A stretch of DNA of 43,576 bases from Candidatus Bathyarchaeota archaeon (GTDB taxonomy: Archaea > Thermoproteota > Bathyarchaeia > Bathyarchaeales > Bathyarchaeaceae), in NCBI GenBank assembly GCA_030672415.1, contig DAOVGL010000024.1, positions 1-43,576 on the forward strand, read 5' to 3'. Below are positions 39,502 to 43,576 of this stretch, piece after piece. Made by a program: the position numbers and the translations under genes. The notes under the pieces are model-generated. The model did not search any database and had not been told where the DNA came from. It worked only from the letters and a program-made list of their open reading frames with translations. How positions within the stretch are numbered: position 1 is the first letter of the stretch; every line of letters starts with the position of its first letter.

Positions 39502-40755
39502 ATGTCTAGTGAAAATAGCGCCAAAGAAATGGTTCTTAAATATAGCTCGCCGCCGAAAGAAATCCCATTCTCTGTAAACGAGTATCGAGAGCGGTTAAAT
39601 CGGGTCCGCAAGCTCATGGCCCAAGAGAAAATCGATCTTCTCTTTCTATCAGCACCAGCGAGTCTCTTTTACATAAGCGGATATCAGGCGGAATGGTATC
39701 AATCCCAAAGCCCCAAGATATGGCCGCCCGCCAGCGGAATTGCTATTCATGTGGATCATGACAACTTCATAGACTTTGATACGGAAGAGGAAGAAATCCT
39801 AGCTCGGTACACGAGCATATCTAGCGATACTCGGATATATCGAGAGACGGCTGAAACGACCGGAATGCTTTCTTGGATAGTACAAGAACTGAAGAAAGAA
39901 GAATGGCTTCCCGGAACTGCCGGGCTTGAAATGTGGAGCTACCGGCCAAATCGAGCGGTTAGTGAAATGTTCCAGTCAGCCTTGGAAAAGGAAGGCTGTA
40001 GGGTTATTGACGGAACGGATATTGTAAGGGAGGTCCGTGCCATCAAATCTCCTCAAGAAATCGCTTATGTAGAAAAAGCGGCAAAAATCGCCGAAGTTGG
40101 CCATAAGGCAGCAATAGAAACAATGAGACCAGGAATGACGGAACTTGATGTTTATGGAGAAATCGTTAATGCTATGGCAAAGGCAGGCGGCGAGAACCCT
40201 GCGATACCTGTTCTCGTTACATCCGGGCCTAAGTGTGCCTGTTTGCACGCGCTAGCAAGCCGAAAGAAGATTGAGAAAGGGGAGATTGTCAATATTGATG
40301 TCTGCGGAGTTTTTAACCGATACCACGCCAATATGGCGCGAACCTATTCGATGGGGAAACCAAATCCCGACGTAGCGAGGGTCGTTGAATTATCAGCAGG
40401 AGCTTTCGATGTAATAGCCGAATTGATCAGACCAAATCTACCCGTCGGCGAATTCAATGAAAGGATGAAGGCATATTATCAAGAGACAGATATATTGCGA
40501 GACGCATGGTGGTTCGGCGGTTACGAACTTGGAATAGCTTTCCCTCCTGACTGGGTCGGTGAGTTCGTTTATGATGTTAATATTGATGCTGGAGATCAGC
40601 TATTTGTCCCGGGAACGGTTGTCAATTACGAGAGCAATTTCTATCTTCCGCATAAAGCGGGGGCATCATATCAGATCAACACCTTGATCTTTACCGAAGA
40701 AAGGGCAAGAATTCTAGGTGAAATTCCGAATGACATAATTGTAATTGAAAGATGA
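39502..40755 (+). CDS. M24/creatinase-fold hydrolase (Xaa-Pro peptidase family, DoeA-like)
   Basis: FS..EY..RL..VR..M, R.IKS..EI, PG.TE, RYHAN.ART, GY.LG..FPPDW; ATG 39502 after a GGAGG SD. Confidence 0.85.
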   Translation: MSSENSAKEMVLKYSSPPKEIPFSVNEYRERLNRVRKLMAQEKIDLLFLSAPASLFYISGYQAEWYQSQSPKIWPPASGIAIHVDHDNFIDFDTEEEEILARYTSISSDTRIYRETAETTGMLSWIVQELKKEEWLPGTAGLEMWSYRPNRAVSEMFQSALEKEGCRVIDGTDIVREVRAIKSPQEIAYVEKAAKIAEVGHKAAIETMRPGMTELDVYGEIVNAMAKAGGENPAIPVLVTSGPKCACLHALASRKKIEKGEIVNIDVCGVFNRYHANMARTYSMGKPNPDVARVVELSAGAFDVIAELIRPNLPVGEFNERMKAYYQETDILRDAWWFGGYELGIAFPPDWVGEFVYDVNIDAGDQLFVPGTVVNYESNFYLPHKAGASYQINTLIFTEERARILGEIPNDIIVIER

Positions 40756-40774
40756 TGTTAATATTGTTCCATGT

Positions 40775-43228
40775 TTAATACTTGGCGACAAAACGAACGT
40801 TTGGGTATTCTTGCACTTCCTTGCCTTCACCCTTTTCCGGCAATATTTCGATCTTCTCCGCTTTACAGGTTCCTTCAATGTCCTCCATTGCCTGATTCAA
40901 AGTGTGCGCATCCTTTTTGTTTCCCATGTAGACCATCAGTTTCTTGACAGGCGCGTTTAACGGCATCCTTCTCTCCGCCTTTTCCCTCCGAACCGCACCT
41001 ATCACCGCCATGATCATGTCACCCTGCTTCTCCACCTCATCATCAATTTTCTCCTCTTCCACAGTGGGCCAGTTGGAAACGTGAATGCTCTTGTGTTTCT
41101 TATCCGTTGCGTACATAACTTGATATATTTCTTCGGTTATGTGCGGGGAAACTGGTGCGAGAAGCTGTAGGATTCGGTAAATGGCAGTATAAAGAGTGTA
41201 TTGAGCAGCAACTTTTTTTCCTTCTCCATACTTGTCGGGTCTGTACAGCCGATGCTTTATAGCTTCAATGTAATGATCGCAAAATATGTGCCACGTAAAG
41301 TTTCGAGCTTCATCAGTTGCTATGTTAAATTGACAGTTTTCAAAAGCTTCAGTTGCCGTTTTAGTAACCCTTTCCAGTTTGCTGAGTAACCATCTGTCTA
41401 AAAGTTCCAACTCCACCTTTTCCTGTGGCACGTAATCTTGTAGATGTTGACTGGCGAAACGAGCAACGTTCCACAACTTGACAAGGAATCTCCATCCATA
41501 TTCTACATCTGGCTTGCGAAAAGGTATGTCCGAGCCGGTTGCTCCTCCACTCGCTGCCCATTGTCGTGTGGCGTCGGCTCCATATTTACTGAAGACGTCA
41601 GGGGTGGCTACGTAGTTGCCTAGCGATTTGCTCATCTTTCTACCATCATTTCCAAGAACCATGCCGTTGATCAAACAGCTCTTGTAAGGTTTCTCATTAA
41701 ACAGTGCAAGGTGTCGAACCATGAGGTAATATGCCCAGGTGCGGATGATGTCGGCTCCTGAAGGATGTACACTGGCTGGAAAAAGCCTGTGCCAATCTTT
41801 TCGATCCGGCCAGCCAGCGTGAACTGCACAGGTGATGGAGGAGTCAAACCATGTGTCCATCACGTCTTTTTCAGGAGTAAAACTGGTGGAGCCGCATTTT
41901 GGACACTTGTCAATCTTGGGCTTCTCTATTCTAGGATCTATAGGAACCCAGTTGGGCTCTGCAAGAATAGTTTCCTCACATTTTGTGCAGTACCAGATGG
42001 GGATGGGGGTGGCGAAGACTCTTTGTCTGGAGATCACCCAGTCCCAGTCAAGTGATTTTGCCCAGTCGATTAGGCGCGTCTTCATGTAGTCTGGATACCA
42101 CGTGATTTCTAGGGCGTTTTTCTCAACTTCGTTGGTTAGTGCTCTGTTTTTCATGAACCATTGTTTTCGTTCAAGGATTTCAACTGGGGTTTTACATCTC
42201 CAGCAAACTCCGACTTCTTGTTGGATGCTCTCAGTTTTTTCTAATAGGTCTTCTTTTTCTAGGTCCTTTGCCACAGCTTTCTTGGCTTCTTTAACGGTTA
42301 GTCCAGCGTATTTTCCGGCGGTTTCGTTCATTTTGCCTGTTTCAGTAATGCACATGATAGCGGGTAGATGGTGTTTTGCGACGCATTTTACGTCTGCCTT
42401 GTCGCCGTAGGTGCATATCATCACGACGCCAGTTCCGAAGGCGGGGTCCACCATGTCCTCTGGAATGATCTTCACCTTTCTTTGGGTAAGGGGTACAGTG
42501 ATTTCTTTTCCAATGTATTGTTGATATCGTTCATCGTTGGGATGCACAGCCACGGTTACGCATGCGGGTAAGAGTTCTGGACGGGTGGTGGCTATGGCTA
42601 AGGATTTTTTGTCTGCCAACTTGAATTGGATGTAGTGCAAGGTTCCCTCCCTTGTTTCGTGCTCCACCTCCGCGTCAGCTATGGCTGTTTCGCAGCGGGG
42701 GCACCAGTTGATGGGGTGGGTTCCTTGGTAGATGAATCCTTTCTTGTAGAGGAGGATGAAGGAAAGTTGGGTTTTTCTCCAGTAGTCTGGATCCATGGTT
42801 TTGTATTCGGTTGTCCAGTCGATGGAGCATCCGAGGCGGATGATGGCTTTTTTCATTATGGCAATGTATTTGTTGACGAGGCTTTCACATAGCTTTCTGA
42901 ACTCGTCTGGCGGAACTTCTGTCTTTTTGATGTTGTATTGAGACTCGGTTTCTACTTCTGTGGGAAGACCGTGGCAGTCCCATCCCTGCGGGAAATAAAC
43001 GTTGTATCCTTTCATGCGTTTGAATCTAGCTACGATGTCGAAATAGGACCAGTTAAGGACGTTTCCCATGTGGAAGTCACCTGAAGGATAAGGTGGCGGT
43101 GTGTCGATGCTGTAGGCAGGGCTTTCAGTGTCTTTCCAGTTGAAGCGATAAATGCCCATTTCTTCCCATAGTTTTTGCCACTTCTCCTCGATCTGGAGGA
43201 TATCGCATTTTTTGGGAATTGTTATCAT
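40775..43228 (-). CDS. valS: Valyl-tRNA synthetase (archaeal type)
   Basis: IDTPPPY.SG..HMGN (HIGH variant), GWDCHGLP, ATTRPE, WDWVISRQR, DTWFDSS, DIIRTW, KMSKS. Confidence 0.97.
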   Translation of the reverse strand: MITIPKKCDILQIEEKWQKLWEEMGIYRFNWKDTESPAYSIDTPPPYPSGDFHMGNVLNWSYFDIVARFKRMKGYNVYFPQGWDCHGLPTEVETESQYNIKKTEVPPDEFRKLCESLVNKYIAIMKKAIIRLGCSIDWTTEYKTMDPDYWRKTQLSFILLYKKGFIYQGTHPINWCPRCETAIADAEVEHETREGTLHYIQFKLADKKSLAIATTRPELLPACVTVAVHPNDERYQQYIGKEITVPLTQRKVKIIPEDMVDPAFGTGVVMICTYGDKADVKCVAKHHLPAIMCITETGKMNETAGKYAGLTVKEAKKAVAKDLEKEDLLEKTESIQQEVGVCWRCKTPVEILERKQWFMKNRALTNEVEKNALEITWYPDYMKTRLIDWAKSLDWDWVISRQRVFATPIPIWYCTKCEETILAEPNWVPIDPRIEKPKIDKCPKCGSTSFTPEKDVMDTWFDSSITCAVHAGWPDRKDWHRLFPASVHPSGADIIRTWAYYLMVRHLALFNEKPYKSCLINGMVLGNDGRKMSKSLGNYVATPDVFSKYGADATRQWAASGGATGSDIPFRKPDVEYGWRFLVKLWNVARFASQHLQDYVPQEKVELELLDRWLLSKLERVTKTATEAFENCQFNIATDEARNFTWHIFCDHYIEAIKHRLYRPDKYGEGKKVAAQYTLYTAIYRILQLLAPVSPHITEEIYQVMYATDKKHKSIHVSNWPTVEEEKIDDEVEKQGDMIMAVIGAVRREKAERRMPLNAPVKKLMVYMGNKKDAHTLNQAMEDIEGTCKAEKIEILPEKGEGKEVQEYPNVRFVAKY

Positions 43229-43489
43229 AGGGTGAATCAGCTCTCAGCTAAAGATATGGTTATGAATAGGAAATAACCAAATAAATAATAATTATCCTTA
43301 ACCATGGCAATAAGGCTAATTCCTCTTTAATATCTTTAAGGAGCAAAGTTGGTACGGTAGACCAGATTTGAATCTTATGGGTCTTTATGGGAAAGAATCT
43401 TGAGTATACCCACATGCCAGGGTGAAAAAGCTAAACTCGTTTTGTAGCAATAAAATTATATACCATAAAGCTCCTTTAATTGGTTCAAT

Positions 43490-43576
43490 TAGGATGAACG
43501 GGAGCTGGGCTTAACCCGGCTGAGAGGACGGTTGAGTGACCGCCGACCGTTTGAACCTGATCCAGGTAATGCTGGC
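43490..43576 (+). ncRNA. TPP (THI-box) riboswitch aptamer, 3' end truncated by the window
   Basis: P2 AACGG/CCGTT, P3 GCTGGG/CCCGGC followed by TGAGA, then GAACCTGAT-CCAG-GTAATG-CTGG-C matching the P4/P5 consensus. Confidence 0.92.

Noticed and set aside
1..43576. CRISPR arrays, rRNA, transposases, inteins and the many short antisense ORFs in the track
   Set aside because: No repeat-spacer pattern, rRNA-like sequence or transposase motif was noticed by eye; core proteins have normal lengths; the short ORFs lie within well-supported genes.

Overview
Archaeal chromosomal window, most consistent with Bathyarchaeia (TACK). This is inferred from TFB, the proteasome/exosome superoperon, Smc-ScpAB, an Ftr homologue and GAGGTG Shine-Dalgarno motifs. 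From left to right: (1) a small accessory patch with a histidine-kinase C-terminus, hypotheticals, a frameshifted ORF, a parvulin and an HTH remnant; (2) tRNA-Cys directly upstream of cysS; (3) a two-armed purine cluster, purF-purD-HAD-ftr-like-pfkB on + converging on purE-purC-(deleted purP)-purM-purS-purL-purQ on -; (4) MFS, DUF116, thiolase/DUF35; (5) smc-scpA-scpB and rps8e-srp19-gar1-tfb; (6) psmA-sdo1-rrp4-rrp41-rrp42-rpl37ae-brix-pcc1-pfdB-DUF3194-DHH; (7) FUN14 with an unlisted 57-aa four-CxxC protein, an ECF module, an M24-fold hydrolase and valS; (8) a TPP riboswitch cut by the window end. The best candidate for a new system is the HAD phosphatase / Ftr paralogue / PfkB kinase trio (EhaR/S/T-like). 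It sits where PurN/PurT would be expected, which suggests a methanopterin- or methanofuran-linked formylation route for purine synthesis. The same cluster has lost purP by an internal deletion. All family assignments are from motif recognition, not database searches.
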